In this document: piece by piece, positions 1 through 11,079 of the stretch | Position numbering within the stretch: the first letter of the stretch is position 1 | Layout: each line of letters starts with the position of its first letter | Origin: an uncultured delta proteobacterium | Lineage (GTDB): Bacteria; Myxococcota_A; Polyangia; Fen-1088 | Length of the DNA: 64,000 nucleotides | Assembly: GCA_963767925.1 (NCBI GenBank) | Contig: CAVYGB010000008.1 | Location: 1,888,001-1,952,000, forward strand | Reading direction: 5' to 3' | The notes under the pieces: model-generated | Told to the model about the DNA's origin: nothing | Database searches by the model: none | What the model saw: the letters and a program-made list of their open reading frames with translations, nothing else | Made by a program: the position numbers and the translations under genes

Positions 1-52
1 GGGTCGCGACGCTGGAAGACCTGCGCCAGCGGGTCCGCGCGCTGGTGCGTCG

Positions 53-56
<4 letters not shown>
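1..56 (+). CDS. 3' end of an upstream gene (partial, ...VATLEDLRQRVRALVRR*)
   Basis: Open frame ending TGA at 54-56 with an ATGA overlap into the next gene. Confidence 0.5.
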
Positions 57-1045
<989 letters not shown>

Positions 1046-1053
1046 CTCAGCCG

Positions 1054-3447
1054 TCAGCCGCCCTGGTTCGGCGCGACCGCCGCCCGGACGCCGGGCGCGG
1101 CGCCCCCTTCGAGCGCGCGGTGCAGCTCCATCCGGAAGCTGCGGACCGAAGGCTCGTGCAGGCGGGCAGCGGGGGGCACCTCGATCCAGCGTTCAGCCGG
1201 GGCATAGCCGTCGGCGAAGACCCGGATTCGCCAGCGGCCTGGCAGCAGGCCACGAAGCTCGAACCCGGCCCCCTGCGTCCGGACGTCGACGGCCGAGCGG
1301 CCGTCCGGCCCCTGGGCCTCCAGCCGGTACCCCGAGAGGTACGACCCGGAGGAGCGATCCCGCACTTCACCCTCGATGCCACCGGGCCGGGGAAGCTCGA
1401 CGTAGAGCTCCTGGCCCGGGGTGGCCACCGCCGAGCGGGAGGGCCAGGCCGGGTGGCGGACCTCGACGACGAAGGGCTGGCGCGGGACGCCGGTCAGGCG
1501 GAACCGCCCGGACCGGTCGGTCGAAGAGGCTGCCAGCAGCGGAGCGCGGCCGACGGGACCGGCGGACGCCCCCGCGTCGGGGGTGCCCTGGGTCGAGCGC
1601 AGCGGATAGGCCAGCACACGCGCCGAAGCGGCCGCCCGGCCGTGGGGGTCGCGCACGACCCCGTTGAGGGCGGCGTCGGCGCGCTGGAGCCGCAGCTCGA
1701 TCTCGGCCGGCGGCTGCCCCGGCTCGACCGCGACGGCGTCCCGCACCTCGGGCGCGCGCCGGGAGGCGTGGGCGCTGACGGTGAAGCGCCCCTGGGGCAA
1801 GAACATCTTGAAGGTGCCATCCTCGGCGCTGAGGGTGGCGAACACTGCGTTCCCGGGGACGTCCATCGGTCGGGCCTCGATGCGGGCGCCCCCCAGGGGC
1901 GTGCCGTCCGGGTCCATCACGCGCCCCTGGGTCGGGATGCCCGCCTGCAAGACCAGCCTCCCCAGGTCGACCGTGCGGCCCGGCTCGATGGTGAGGGGGC
2001 TACGCCGGATGGGCAGCCGGGTCGGCGAGGTGAGGTCGAGGCGGAAGCTGCCCGCCGGCAGGTCGGGCAGGAGGAAGCGCCCGTTGCCATCGGTGGCGGT
2101 GGAGCGCAGGAGGCTCTGCCGGTTGAGGGCCTCGGCCGGCAGGTTGGCCGCATCGGCCGCCAGGGGCAGGCTGCCAGAGAGCACCGAGAGGTCCTGGTTG
2201 CCCACGCTCAGCAGGCCCACGCTCACCTCGGCGGCGGCGACCGGCAGCCCGCTCTCGGTGACGGCCTGACCGAGGACCTGCACCGCGCGGGGCAGCCGGA
2301 TCTGCAGGGGCGCGGGCTTGTCGAGACGGAGCTGCACCTCGGCCGGCGCGGTCATGGCGTGGCCCGCCAGCCGCGCCCAGACCTGGTAGCGGGCGGGGAC
2401 AAGGGGCCCAACCGTGAAGCGTCCGTCCTTGTCGGTCTTCACGTTCATGGGCGCGTCGTCACTCGGCGCGGCCACCGGCTCGACGTCGGCGCGAGCCAGG
2501 GGCCGGCCGGTGTCGTCGACAACCCGGCCGCTGAGGGTGACCCCGGGGCCCAGCACCAGCTTGACCGGGGGGATCCAGCCGGTCTCGGCGTCGATGACCA
2601 CGGTCTGAGGCTCCGAGACCCGCTGCCCGATCGAGGCGCGGACGACGAAGCGGCCGAAGCCGAGCCCCTCGAACAGGAAGATCCCCTTGTCGCTGGTGGT
2701 GGCCTCGCGAGGTGTGGAGAGGGCCGGTCCATAGAGCTGCACCCGCGACCCCTGGGTGAAGGCGCCGTCGGCGCCCGCCACGACCCCACCGAGCGTCCGC
2801 ACTTCCCCCTGCAGGCGCAGGACCAGCGGGCGGCTGGGGACGTCCACCCGCTCGAGACGCAGGGTTCCGAAGCCCGGGGCCTCCACCATCAGGGTCCAGG
2901 ATCCGGGCGACAGGCCGGCCAGCGCGAAGCGCCCATCCGACCCACTCGAAGACTCGACGACTCCCACCTGGGCGCCCCCCGCCGGCCAGGCAAAGAGGGC
3001 CGCTTGCGCCAGCGACCGCCCCTGCCCGTCCTGCACGACCCCTTCGAGGAGCTGGATGGAGGCCAGGCGCAGGACGGTGGTCACCGAATCGCTCGGCTGC
3101 AGGGTCACCGGCACGCTGGCCGAGGAGAAGCCCGGGTGCTCGGCCCGCAGCAGGAAGCGGCCCACCGGCAGATCCTCGACAACGAAGGTCCCGTCCCGTC
3201 CGGTCGACACTTCCCGGATCGCCGTCGAGATCCGATCGGGGGAAAGCAGCCGCACGGTCGCCTCGGCCAGTGGCCGACCGTTGGTGCTGACCACCCGGCC
3301 GCGAACACCCGCGCGGACCGGCGGCGCGTCCGATCTCCGGCAGCCGCCGGCGACCAAGGCGAACGACGCAAGCAACGCAAGCAACGCAAGTGAGACCGCT
3401 CCGGCCAGGGGGCCGATCAGGGGGGTGAATCTAGTTGCTCGCTGCAT
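1054..3447 (-). CDS. Lipoprotein with tandem carboxypeptidase regulatory-like (Cna/transthyretin-like) domains
   Basis: Lipobox-like VAGGC; repeated G-x-V-x-D-x-x-G-x-P...TD-x-x-G-x-F...L-x-x-G-x-Y/W units. Confidence 0.8.
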   Translation of the reverse strand: MQRATRFTPLIGPLAGAVSLALLALLASFALVAGGCRRSDAPPVRAGVRGRVVSTNGRPLAEATVRLLSPDRISTAIREVSTGRDGTFVVEDLPVGRFLLRAEHPGFSSASVPVTLQPSDSVTTVLRLASIQLLEGVVQDGQGRSLAQAALFAWPAGGAQVGVVESSSGSDGRFALAGLSPGSWTLMVEAPGFGTLRLERVDVPSRPLVLRLQGEVRTLGGVVAGADGAFTQGSRVQLYGPALSTPREATTSDKGIFLFEGLGFGRFVVRASIGQRVSEPQTVVIDAETGWIPPVKLVLGPGVTLSGRVVDDTGRPLARADVEPVAAPSDDAPMNVKTDKDGRFTVGPLVPARYQVWARLAGHAMTAPAEVQLRLDKPAPLQIRLPRAVQVLGQAVTESGLPVAAAEVSVGLLSVGNQDLSVLSGSLPLAADAANLPAEALNRQSLLRSTATDGNGRFLLPDLPAGSFRLDLTSPTRLPIRRSPLTIEPGRTVDLGRLVLQAGIPTQGRVMDPDGTPLGGARIEARPMDVPGNAVFATLSAEDGTFKMFLPQGRFTVSAHASRRAPEVRDAVAVEPGQPPAEIELRLQRADAALNGVVRDPHGRAAASARVLAYPLRSTQGTPDAGASAGPVGRAPLLAASSTDRSGRFRLTGVPRQPFVVEVRHPAWPSRSAVATPGQELYVELPRPGGIEGEVRDRSSGSYLSGYRLEAQGPDGRSAVDVRTQGAGFELRGLLPGRWRIRVFADGYAPAERWIEVPPAARLHEPSVRSFRMELHRALEGGAAPGVRAAVAPNQGG

Positions 3448-3484
3448 AGCGGGGTGTTAAAGCTACCGCCCTCGGGAGAGACTT

Positions 3485-3676
3485 ATGCCGGCGCAGTGTG
3501 CAATCTGTAGCAAGCATCGTATCGTTAAAAACAAAGTCAGCCATTCGAACCGCAAGACCAAGAGCATCCAGCGCCCGAATCTTCAACGGGTGCATGCGGT
3601 GATTGATGGGACGCGGACGCATGTGCGGGTTTGTACGCGTTGTATTCGGTCCGGCCGAATCGACAAGGTAGCATGA
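3485..3676 (+). CDS. rpmB: 50S ribosomal protein L28 (four-Cys type)
   Basis: CAIC...VSHSNRKTK...PNLQ...VCTRCIRSG signature; GGAGAG RBS. Confidence 0.95.
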   Translation: MPAQCAICSKHRIVKNKVSHSNRKTKSIQRPNLQRVHAVIDGTRTHVRVCTRCIRSGRIDKVA

Positions 3677-3698
3677 CCATCGGGTAGAACGTTGACCT

Positions 3699-4061
3699 GT
3701 GCCCGAACGAATCGGTCGGCGCCGGCGTCCGACCAACCCGGAGCCCCAGACCGCGGCGTCCCTGCTTCCGCAGGTTGTCGCGCGGCTGGGCGGTAGCGAC
3801 CGGGGCCTCGAGCAGCGGATCTCGCTCGCCTGGAAGGACGCCGTCGGCGAGTCGCTGGCGCGGCGGGCTCGTCCGGAAGCCGTCCGGGGCAAGACCCTCA
3901 TCGTGCGGGTCGAGAGCTCCTCGCTCGCCCACGAGCTCACGCTGCTCAAGCGGCGGGTGCTCGAGCGGCTGAGCGTGGCCCTCGGCGCTCCGCTCATCGA
4001 GGACATGCGCACGCGCACCGGCCCGCTACCGCTGCCCACGCCCCCGCCAGCTAACCGCTAG
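3699..4061 (+). CDS. DUF721/DciA family protein
   Basis: W-x-x-AVG-x-x-LA-x-x-ARP...L-x-V-x-VESS-x-x-AHEL motif. Confidence 0.8.
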   Translation: MPERIGRRRRPTNPEPQTAASLLPQVVARLGGSDRGLEQRISLAWKDAVGESLARRARPEAVRGKTLIVRVESSSLAHELTLLKRRVLERLSVALGAPLIEDMRTRTGPLPLPTPPPANR

Positions 4062-4106
4062 CGATCGGCTGGCGAGGCGGGTTGCTCCGGGGCCCCGCGG
4101 GCGCGG

Positions 4107-4919
4107 CTAACGCGAGCGGAGGGCGGCGGTAAGACCGCGAACGAAGGCCTCGAGGTCGGGGACCGGATCGCGACCGGCCTTCTGCGCCTCCTCGATGACC
4201 TTTACCGCGGCGGTCCCCACCACCACTCCGTCGGCAAAGGTGGCCACGGCCGCGGCGTCTTCGGGGGTGGAGATGCCGAAGCCGACCGCGATGGGGATGT
4301 TCCCCCCGGTCAGCTCGCGGATCTCCGCCACGTGGCGCCGGGGACCGTCGAGGTTGGCGAGCCGGGCCCCGGTGATGCCGGTGAGGGACATGTAATAGAG
4401 GAAGCCGCTGGCGCTGGCGGCCACCTTGCGCGCGCGGGCGGCGTCCGAGGTGGGGGCCAGCAAGGGGATGAAGTCGAGCCCGTTGCGACCGAGCTCGGAG
4501 ATCAGCTCGGAGCCCTCGTCGGGCGGCCAGTCGACGCACAGGACGCCGTCGGCGCCCGCGGCCGCCGCCGATCGCGCGAAGTCGGCGGGACCGCGGATGA
4601 AGACCGGGTTGGCGTAGCCGAACAGGACCAGCGGCACCCGGCTGTCCTCCGCCCGGACCTGGCGGCACAGCTCCAGCGTGGCCCGCAGCCCGCCCCCGCC
4701 GCGCAGAGCCCGCAACATCGCGGCCTGGATGGCGGGGCCATCGGCCGACGGATCGCTCCAGGGCACGCCGACCTCGAGCACGTCGGCCCCCGCCCGGACC
4801 GCCGCCAGCAACAGCCGGCGAGAGGTCTCGGCGTCGGGGTCGCCGGCGGTCAGGTAGAGGACCAGCGCCGTGCGGCCTTCGCTCCGGGCCCGGGCGAAGG
4901 CCTGAGCCAGGCGGCTCAT
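4107..4919 (-). CDS. trpA: Tryptophan synthase alpha chain
   Basis: [40 protein letters not shown] 4919 overlaps the trpB stop. Confidence 0.97.
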   Translation of the reverse strand: MSRLAQAFARARSEGRTALVLYLTAGDPDAETSRRLLLAAVRAGADVLEVGVPWSDPSADGPAIQAAMLRALRGGGGLRATLELCRQVRAEDSRVPLVLFGYANPVFIRGPADFARSAAAAGADGVLCVDWPPDEGSELISELGRNGLDFIPLLAPTSDAARARKVAASASGFLYYMSLTGITGARLANLDGPRRHVAEIRELTGGNIPIAVGFGISTPEDAAAVATFADGVVVGTAAVKVIEEAQKAGRDPVPDLEAFVRGLTAALRSR

Positions 4920-6133
4920 TTGGGCAGCTCCACGCCGAGCGCCCGGGCCACGCTCGTCATGTCCTTGTCGCCTCTGCCCGAGACGTTCACGACGATGATC
5001 CCGCCGGGATCGAGCGTGCGGGCCACTGCCGGCAGGGCGGCGATGGCGTGGGCGCTCTCGAGCGCCGGGAGGATGCCCTCGAGGCGGGCGAGCTGACCGA
5101 GGGCGGCCAGGGCCTCCTTGTCGGTGACCGAGATGTACTGGGCCCGGCCCGTATCTTTTAGGTGGGCGTGCTCGGGGCCGACGCCGGGGTAGTCCAGGCC
5201 TGCGGAGATGGAGTGGGCCTCGGCGATCTGCCCGTCCTCGTCGCACAGGACGTACGATCGCGCCCCGTGAAGGACGCCCACCCGCCCCTGCGCCAGGGTG
5301 GCGGCGTGGCGCCCGCTGGCGATCCCCTCACCGGCCGCCTCGACCCCGACGAGCCGGACGCCGGCGTCGGGGACGAAGGCGTGAAACAGCCCCATGGCGT
5401 TCGATCCCCCGCCCACGCAGGCGCAAAGCGCGTCGGGTAAGCGGCCAACGGCGGCCTGGATCTGCTCGCGCGCCTCGCGGCCGATCACGGCCTGCAGGTC
5501 GCGGACGAGCGTCGGATAGGGATGGGCGCCCGCGACCGATCCGATCACGTAGTGGGTGGAGCGAACGTTGGTGACCCAGTCCCGCATCGCCTCGTTCATC
5601 GCGTCCTTTAGGGTCGCGGTCCCGGTGCTGACCGCGTGGACCTCGGCGCCGAGCAGCTTCATCCGGAAGACGTTGAGCGCCTGACGCTCGACGTCGACGG
5701 CCCCCATGTACACCTCGCAGGGCAGCCCGAACAGGGCGCAGGCGCTCGCGGTGGCGACGCCGTGCTGGCCGGCTCCGGTCTCGGCGATGATGCGGGTCTT
5801 GCCCATCCGCCGGGCCAGCAACACCTGGCCGATGCAGTTGTTGATCTTGTGCGCCCCGGTATGGCAGAGGTCCTCGCGCTTGAGGAACACGCGAACCTCG
5901 CGCCCGGCCTCGCGGCTCACCTCGGCGCCGAGGCGCAGGGCCTCTCCCAGCGGCGTGGGCCGTCCCACGTAATCCCGTAAGAGCCGATCCAGCTCCTCGG
6001 TGAAGGCGGGGTCGACCGACGCCTCTTTCCAGGCGGCGGCGAGCTGATCGAGCGAGGGCATCAAGATTTCGGCGACGTAACGGCCGCCGAATTCGCCGAA
6101 GCGGCCGGGGCGCGCGGGAGCGGAGGCAGACAT
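4916..6133 (-). CDS. trpB: Tryptophan synthase beta chain
   Basis: [15 protein letters not shown] (PLP Lys), [32 protein letters not shown]. Confidence 0.98.
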   Translation of the reverse strand: MSASAPARPGRFGEFGGRYVAEILMPSLDQLAAAWKEASVDPAFTEELDRLLRDYVGRPTPLGEALRLGAEVSREAGREVRVFLKREDLCHTGAHKINNCIGQVLLARRMGKTRIIAETGAGQHGVATASACALFGLPCEVYMGAVDVERQALNVFRMKLLGAEVHAVSTGTATLKDAMNEAMRDWVTNVRSTHYVIGSVAGAHPYPTLVRDLQAVIGREAREQIQAAVGRLPDALCACVGGGSNAMGLFHAFVPDAGVRLVGVEAAGEGIASGRHAATLAQGRVGVLHGARSYVLCDEDGQIAEAHSISAGLDYPGVGPEHAHLKDTGRAQYISVTDKEALAALGQLARLEGILPALESAHAIAALPAVARTLDPGGIIVVNVSGRGDKDMTSVARALGVELPK

Positions 6134-6199
6134 GGAGGCGGGAGACTACACTGGCCGGGACCGAACGTCGCGCCACCTGTGCTATATCGGCCTCTGCCC

Positions 6200-6553
6200 A
6201 TGCCGGAGCTGGAGCCAGAATCCGAGGTGTTCGATCCCCGCAGCCGCCGTCTTTGTCCCGACGGAACCTGCATCGGCGTGATCGGCGCAGATGGTCGATG
6301 CAAGGCCTGCGGGCTGGCCGCTAGACCGGGCCTCGCCGGTGAGGCGTCGGGCGCAGCGCGGGATCTGGAGCGGGAAAAGGAAGAGGACCTGGCCACCGAC
6401 GATCTCGACGAGCCGGACGCCGGCCTGGCCGCCGAACCGATCGGCGGCAGCGGCTTCGATCCCACCCGGAAGCTGTGCGTCGACGGGAGCTGCATCGGGG
6501 TCATCGGGCCAGATGGCCGCTGCACCGAATGCGGCCAGGTGGCGGAGGCCTGA
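6200..6553 (+). CDS. Small protein with two copies of a C-x4-C-x9-C-x2-C putative metal-binding motif
   Basis: FDP-x-x-R-x-LCPDGTCIGVIGADGRCKACG and LCVDGSCIGVIGPDGRCTECG separated by an acidic linker. Confidence 0.75.
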   Translation: MPELEPESEVFDPRSRRLCPDGTCIGVIGADGRCKACGLAARPGLAGEASGAARDLEREKEEDLATDDLDEPDAGLAAEPIGGSGFDPTRKLCVDGSCIGVIGPDGRCTECGQVAEA

Positions 6554-6555
6554 AC

Positions 6556-6915
6556 ATGCCCTCGGTGGCCGTGATCGGCGCCTCCAACGTCCGGGAGAAG
6601 TTCGGCAACCGCGCGGTGCGGGCCTACCTGCGGCAGGGCTGGACCGTCTATCCGGTCAACCCGAACGAGACCACGGTCGAGGGCCTCGCGGTCTTCGCCA
6701 GCATCCTCGACATCCCCGGCGAGGTGGACCGCGCCTCGCTGTACGTGCCGCCGGCCGTCGGGGAGACCCTGCTGGCCGACATCCGGCGCAAGGGGGTCAA
6801 GGAGCTGTTCGTTAACCCCGGCGCCGAGAGCGACACCTTGCTGGAGCAGGCCGAGAAGCTCGGGCTCTCTCCCATCCAGGCCTGCAGCATCGTCGACATC
6901 GGCGAAAGGCCGTGA
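6556..6915 (+). CDS. CoA-binding protein (YccU-like)
   Basis: VAVIGAS-x-x-x-EKFGN, VYPVNP, NPGAES motifs. Confidence 0.85.
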   Translation: MPSVAVIGASNVREKFGNRAVRAYLRQGWTVYPVNPNETTVEGLAVFASILDIPGEVDRASLYVPPAVGETLLADIRRKGVKELFVNPGAESDTLLEQAEKLGLSPIQACSIVDIGERP

Positions 6916-7888
6916 GCAGCGGCGCCCCACCCTCCGAGCGCTCGGCCGTGGCTCCCGCGGTCAGCAACATGCTCGAGCTCATCGGCGGCACGCCCCTGGT
7001 TCGTCTGCGCCACCTGCCCGACCCGGAAGGCGCGGAGGTGTTCGTCAAGTGCGAGCAGTTCAATCCGGGGGGCTCGGTCAAGGACCGGGTCGCCCTGGCG
7101 ATGATCGCGCGTGGCGAGCGCGAGGGCAAGCTGGTCCCCGGCAAGTCGGTCATCGTCGAGCCCACCTCGGGAAACACCGGGGTGGGGCTGGCGCTGGTGG
7201 CGGCGGTGCGCGGCTACCGGCTGATGCTGACCATGCCCGACAACATGTCGATCGAGCGGCGCATGTTGCTGTCGGCCTACGGCGCCGAGGTGATCCTGAC
7301 CCCGGCCGCGCTGGTCATGCAAGGGGCGGTCGACAAGGCGGCCGAGCTCTGCGCCGGAAACCCCGACTACGTGAGCCCGCAGCAGTTCCAGAATCCGGCC
7401 AACGTCGAGGCCCACCTGCGCGCCACCGGCCCCGAGATCGTGGCCCAGCTCGCCGAGGCCGGGCGGCCCGGCTGCGACGCCTTCGTGGCGGGGGTGGGGA
7501 CCGGCGGCACCATCACCGGCGCCGGCCGGGTGCTCGGCGGGCCTTCCCCCAGGTGCGGATCGTCGCCATCGAGCCCAGCAAGAGCGCGGTCCTGTCCGGG
7601 CGAGCGGCCGGTGAACACCGGATCGACGGCATCGGGGCCGGCTTCGTCCCCGAGATCCTCGACCGGTCGATCATCTCGGAGGTGCGCACCATCAGCGAGG
7701 AGGAAGCCCAGGAGCACAAGCTGGCCCTGGCCCGGCGGGAAGGCCTGCTGGTCGGAATCTCGGCGGGGGCGGCGGTCAAGATCGCCCTGGACGTGGCGCG
7801 GGAGCTGGGTCGCGGGAAGACCGTCGTCACGGTGTTGCCCGACACCGGCGAGCGCTACTTCAGCAGCGACGAGTCGTTCGAGCGGTGA
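6912..7888 (+). CDS. cysK: Cysteine synthase A-like PLP enzyme (frameshift near 7535, probably a sequencing error)
   Basis: NPGGSVKDR, EPTSGNTG, GVGTGGTITG; C-terminal GIGAGFVP, GISAGA, PDTGERYFS in another frame. Confidence 0.85.
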
Positions 7889-8595
7889 GCGCGCCGGGCG
7901 TGCTGCTCATCGGTGCCGGCGGGCTGGGCTGCGGCGCCGCGATCGGGCTGGCCGGCGGCGGGGTCTCCACCCTCGGGGTGGTGGACGACGACACCGTCGA
8001 TCTCAGCAACCTGCACCGCCAGATCCTCCACCGCCCCGAGCGGGTGGGCGCGCGCAAGACCGAGTCGTTCCGGCAGGAGCTGGCGATCCGCTACCCGGGC
8101 CTGCGGGTGACGGTCCACGACGGCCGACTCACCGGGGCCAACGCCGCGGCGCTGTTCGCCGGCTACCAGGTCGTCATCGACGGCTCGGACAACCTGGCCA
8201 CCAAGTTCCTGGCCAACGACGCCGCCGTGCTGACGGGCAAGGCGCTCGTCCATGCGGCGGCGGTGGGCACCGGCGGCCAGCTCATCACGGTGCTGCCGGG
8301 AGGCCGCCCCTGTTACCGCTGCCTGTTCGAGGAGCTCCCCCCGCCCGAGGCCGATGCGCCGTCGTGCGCAGAGGCCGGGGTGCTGGGCCCGGTGCCGGGC
8401 GTGCTGGGCGCGCTGGCCGCCTCCGAAGCGGTGCGGCTGCTGCGGGGCGAGGCGCCCGCCTTCGCCGGCTGGGTCCTGCGCTACGAGGGCTCGCTCCTGT
8501 CGATGCGGGCCTCCCGGTTCCGGCGCAACCCGCTGTGCCGGGTCTGCGGCGACCGGCCGACGATTGACGGCTCGTCCCTCCGGCTCGACCCGTGA
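7885..8595 (+). CDS. MoeB/ThiF (E1-like) adenylyltransferase, catalytic motifs intact but lacking the N-terminal RxxRQ segment
   Basis: GAGGLG, DDDTVDLSNLHRQ, DGSDN, CYRC, SCAEAGV, CRVC. Confidence 0.9.
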   Translation: MSAPGVLLIGAGGLGCGAAIGLAGGGVSTLGVVDDDTVDLSNLHRQILHRPERVGARKTESFRQELAIRYPGLRVTVHDGRLTGANAAALFAGYQVVIDGSDNLATKFLANDAAVLTGKALVHAAAVGTGGQLITVLPGGRPCYRCLFEELPPPEADAPSCAEAGVLGPVPGVLGALAASEAVRLLRGEAPAFAGWVLRYEGSLLSMRASRFRRNPLCRVCGDRPTIDGSSLRLDP

Positions 8596-8652
8596 GGCCA
8601 ACCCCACCCCGAGAAACGCGCTACAGTACCCGCGAACAAAGGAGACAGCGAC

Positions 8653-8925
8653 ATGGCCAGTGTTCGGATCCCCACGCCTCTGCGCAAGCTGACCAACGGT
8701 CAGGAAGAGGTCAAGGCGGCCGGCGGCAGCGTGGCCGCGATCATCGCCGACCTCGACAAGCAGTACCCCGGGCTGCGCGAGCGCATTTGCGACGACCAGG
8801 GGAAGGTCCGCCGCTTCGTGAACATCTTCAAGAACGACGAGGATATCCGCTTCCTGCAGAGCCTCGAGACCCCGGTCGCCGACGCCGACGAGCTCTCGAT
8901 CGTCCCGGCGATCGCAGGGGGTTGA
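8653..8925 (+). CDS. Ubiquitin-like sulfur carrier (MoaD/ThiS/CysO family)
   Basis: VRIPTPLR...RFVNIF-x-N-x-EDIR...IVPAIAGG C-terminal GG; AAGGAG RBS. Confidence 0.93.
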   Translation: MASVRIPTPLRKLTNGQEEVKAAGGSVAAIIADLDKQYPGLRERICDDQGKVRRFVNIFKNDEDIRFLQSLETPVADADELSIVPAIAGG

Positions 8926-8936
8926 CGGAAGCGGCC

Positions 8937-9590
8937 GTGAGCCTGTCGCTCGAGCAGACCCGCCGGTTCGCCCGGCAGATCGCCCTGCCCGAGGTCGGCC
9001 CCGGCGGCCAGCTCCGCCTGGCCGAGGCCGGGGTGGCGCTCGTGCGCGCGGCCCCCGATCGGGACCCGTCTGGCGACGTCGCCGCCGAATACCTGGCGGC
9101 GGCTGGCGTCGGTCGGATCGTGCCGCTGGCACCTCCGGCGGAAGGGGGCGAGGCCTGGGTGGCGGCCCTGGCCGGGTTCACCGCCGTCGTGCGCTTCGGC
9201 TTCGAAGACGACGCGCTCCTGCGGGCGGCGGTTCGACGGGGGCTACCGGCCATCTTCGCCCGGGCCCTGACTGACCAGGTCGACGTCCTGTCTTTCCGGC
9301 GGCACGGGCCCTGCCCCCACGTGGCCCTCGACGTGCCGGTCCGCAGCGCGACCGGCCCCGGGGCCGAGGCGGGCGCCGGCGCCTCGGTGGCCGGCACCCT
9401 GGTGGCGACCGAGCTGCTGGGGATCCTGGTGGCCCCCGAGGCGGGCCCCCGGGCGAGGCTGCTGCGGCTGTCCCTGGCCGGCGGCGATCGGGCCCGACCT
9501 CCCCAGGCCTCGGAGATGCCCTGGGCCCCCGAGTGTTTCATCTGCGGCGGGCAGAGCCAGGAAGCGGCCTTCACCGGAGCCCGCTCATGA
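8937..9590 (+). CDS. Degenerate ThiF/MoeB-like protein (no GxGxxG; keeps N-terminal RFARQ and C-terminal CxxC)
   Basis: LSLEQTRRFARQIALPEVGPGGQLRL, YLAAAGVGRI, ECFICG; GTG start 8937. Confidence 0.75.
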   Translation: MSLSLEQTRRFARQIALPEVGPGGQLRLAEAGVALVRAAPDRDPSGDVAAEYLAAAGVGRIVPLAPPAEGGEAWVAALAGFTAVVRFGFEDDALLRAAVRRGLPAIFARALTDQVDVLSFRRHGPCPHVALDVPVRSATGPGAEAGAGASVAGTLVATELLGILVAPEAGPRARLLRLSLAGGDRARPPQASEMPWAPECFICGGQSQEAAFTGARS

Positions 9591-10589
9591 GCGATTCGCC
9601 GGCCGTCCCCCTCCCGGTCGACAGCGAGGCGGTGGCCCGGGCCCGCGCCCGGGTGGCCGAGAGCATCACCGACCTCATCGGCAACACGCCGATCGTGCGG
9701 CTGCGCTCGATCGATCGCGACTTCCCCGGGATCGAGATCTGGGCCAAGTGCGAGTTCATGAACCCCGGTGGCTCGGTCAAGGATCGGGCTGCCTTCCAGA
9801 TGATCCGCGACGCCATCGACAGCGGGGCCCTGACCCCGGACAAGGAGATCATCGACTCGTCGAGCGGCAACACCGGGATCGCCTACTCCCTCATCGGCGG
9901 CGCCCTCGGTTACCGGGTCACCCTGGTGCTGCCGGGCAACGTCTCCTGGGCCCGGCGCCAGATCAGCGAGGCCTTCGGCACCAAGCTGGTCTTCTCGAGC
10001 CCCCTCGAGGGCTCGGACGGGGCCATCGTCCTGGTTCGCAAGCTGGTGGACGCGGATCCCGAGCGCTACTTCTATCCGAATCAGTACGGCAACGACTCCA
10101 ACCCGGGCGGCCACTACCGGACGACCGGCCGCGAGATCTGGGAGCAGACCGGAGGCCGGGTCACCCACTTCGTGACCGGCATCGGCACCAGCGGCACCGT
10201 GATGGGGACCGGCCGGCGGCTCAAGAGCTACCGGCGCGAGATCGAGGTCTATGCGGTGGAGCCCGACGATGCCCTGCACGGTCTCGAGGGCCTCAAGCAC
10301 ATGGAGAGCTCGATCGTGCCGGAGATTTACCACCCCGAAGAGCTGGACGGGGTGCTGCCGATCTCGACCGAAGACGGCCTGGGACATCTGCGAGCGGCTC
10401 TCGCGCGACGAGGGCATCCTGGTGGGCCACTCCTCGGGAGCGGCGGTGGCGGGGGCGGTGCGCCTGGCCCGGGAGCTGGCCGCCGCGGGCAAGCCCGGCG
10501 TCATCGTGACGGTCTTTCCCGATCGGGCCGACCGCTACTTCGAAGCCCCTCTTCAGACCCAGACCACCCCGTCCAAGGAGAAGCCGTGA
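9587..10589 (+). CDS. cysM: Cysteine synthase B/CysM-like PLP enzyme (frameshift near 10378)
   Basis: NPGGSVKDR, DSSSGNTG, GIGTSGT, LEGLKH; C-terminal GHSSGA...FPDRADRYF in another frame. Confidence 0.8.
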
Positions 10590-11061
10590 CGAAGGGACCT
10601 CATCCCCGGTTGACCCCGGCGGCGCTGGAGCGAGATCTACGCCCACGCCCGCCGCGACTATCCCAGCGAGTGCTGCGGGATCGTGTTCGGACCCAAGGGG
10701 CAGCCCCTGGCCGAGCGGGTGAAGGCCTGCCGCAACATCCAGGACCAGCTCCACGCCGACGATCCCGATCTGCATCCCCGCACCTCGCGCAACGCCTACA
10801 ACCTCGAGCCGACCGACATCTTCGCTCTGCGAGAAGAGCCTGCGGGGCGAGCAGCCGGCCAAGATCGTCTACCACTCGCACATCGACGTGGGCGCCTACT
10901 TCAGCGAGACCGACCAGGCCGCCGCCCGCTTCGGGGACGAGCCCGCTTACCCGGTCGAATACGTTGTCGTCGACGTCAAGCGGGACGGCACCCACGGGGC
11001 CCGCCAGTTCGCCTGGGACGAGGCGGCCACCAAATACGTCGAAGTCGATCAGTACGACTGA
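10586..11061 (+). CDS. JAB/MPN+ (M67, Mec-like) metallopeptidase (two frameshifts, ~10632 and ~10832)
   Basis: Joined frames give YP-x-ECCG...YHSH-x-D-x-GAYFSETD, the JAMM motif. Confidence 0.85.
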
Positions 11062-11079
11062 CGGGGGGACCTGGGGGCG

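Noticed and set aside
3366..3391. 9-bp tandem repeat (ACGCAAGCA)
   Set aside because: It simply encodes the LALLALLA hydrophobic core of a signal peptide.
7885..11061. Bacterial ubiquitination/antiphage (E1-E2-JAB) system
   Set aside because: No E2-like gene is present, and the flanking cysteine synthases point to sulfur transfer.
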